From NCBI GenBank assembly GCA_044450345.1, contig JBIOIY010000012.1:1-52949 (forward strand): a stretch of 52,949 nt of DNA. Reading direction: 5' to 3'. Shown piece after piece: positions 52,819 to 52,949 of this stretch. The translations under genes were made by a program, and so were the position numbers. The notes below the pieces were generated by a model, which was not told the DNA's origin, did not search any database, and saw nothing but the letters and a program-made list of their open reading frames with translations. The stretch is from Thermodesulfovibrionales bacterium (GTDB taxonomy: Bacteria; Nitrospirota; Thermodesulfovibrionia; Thermodesulfovibrionales; UBA6898). Numbering within the stretch: the first letter of the stretch is position 1; every line of letters starts with the position of its first letter.

Positions 52819-52949
52819 ATGGCAAAGGCAAAATTTGAGAGGACGAAACCCCATTGCAACGTAGGGACGATAGGGCACGTAGACCACGGCAAGACGACGT
52901 TGACGGCTGCGATCACGAAGGTGCTGGCGTTTACCGGGCAGGCGACATA
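52819..52949 (+). CDS. tuf: Elongation factor Tu (5' partial)
   Basis: [36 protein letters not shown]. Confidence 0.97.
   Translation, partial: MAKAKFERTKPHCNVGTIGHVDHGKTTLTAAITKVLAFTGQAT

Overview
Bacterial chromosome window from an anaerobe, probably Nitrospirota (Thermodesulfovibrionia-like; inferred from gene content only). The right half (about 22.7-52.9 kb) is mostly housekeeping: tyrS, cbiMQO, purF, ligA, purA, serA, degQ, ispDF, an in-frame cysE-cysS fusion, rlmB, tRNA Thr-Tyr-Gly-Thr and the start of tuf. The left half is accessory and metal/redox oriented. It holds (1) a small GIY-YIG nuclease between a duplicated tRNA-Ser 5' end and the tRNA itself; (2) an octaheme HAO-family cytochrome divergent from a mercury-methylation cluster (AbrB-like gene, hgcA, hgcB) that continues into acr3, a metallophosphoesterase, an ECF sigma factor and Cys-rich genes; (3) a fluoride-riboswitch operon (crcB, tandem DUF190, GalT-like, HAD) with unannotated USP and enolase remnants; (4) a 1.3 kb insert bounded by a duplicated yjbQ 3' end that carries a probable selenocysteine lipoprotein rhodanese; (5) a porin-cytochrome cluster whose porin is fused to a cytochrome c, followed by a cupredoxin-2xCHRD protein. 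Several nested palindromic repeats occur in intergenic regions. No CRISPR array, integrase or transposase was seen. All calls come from motif recognition; no database searches were run.
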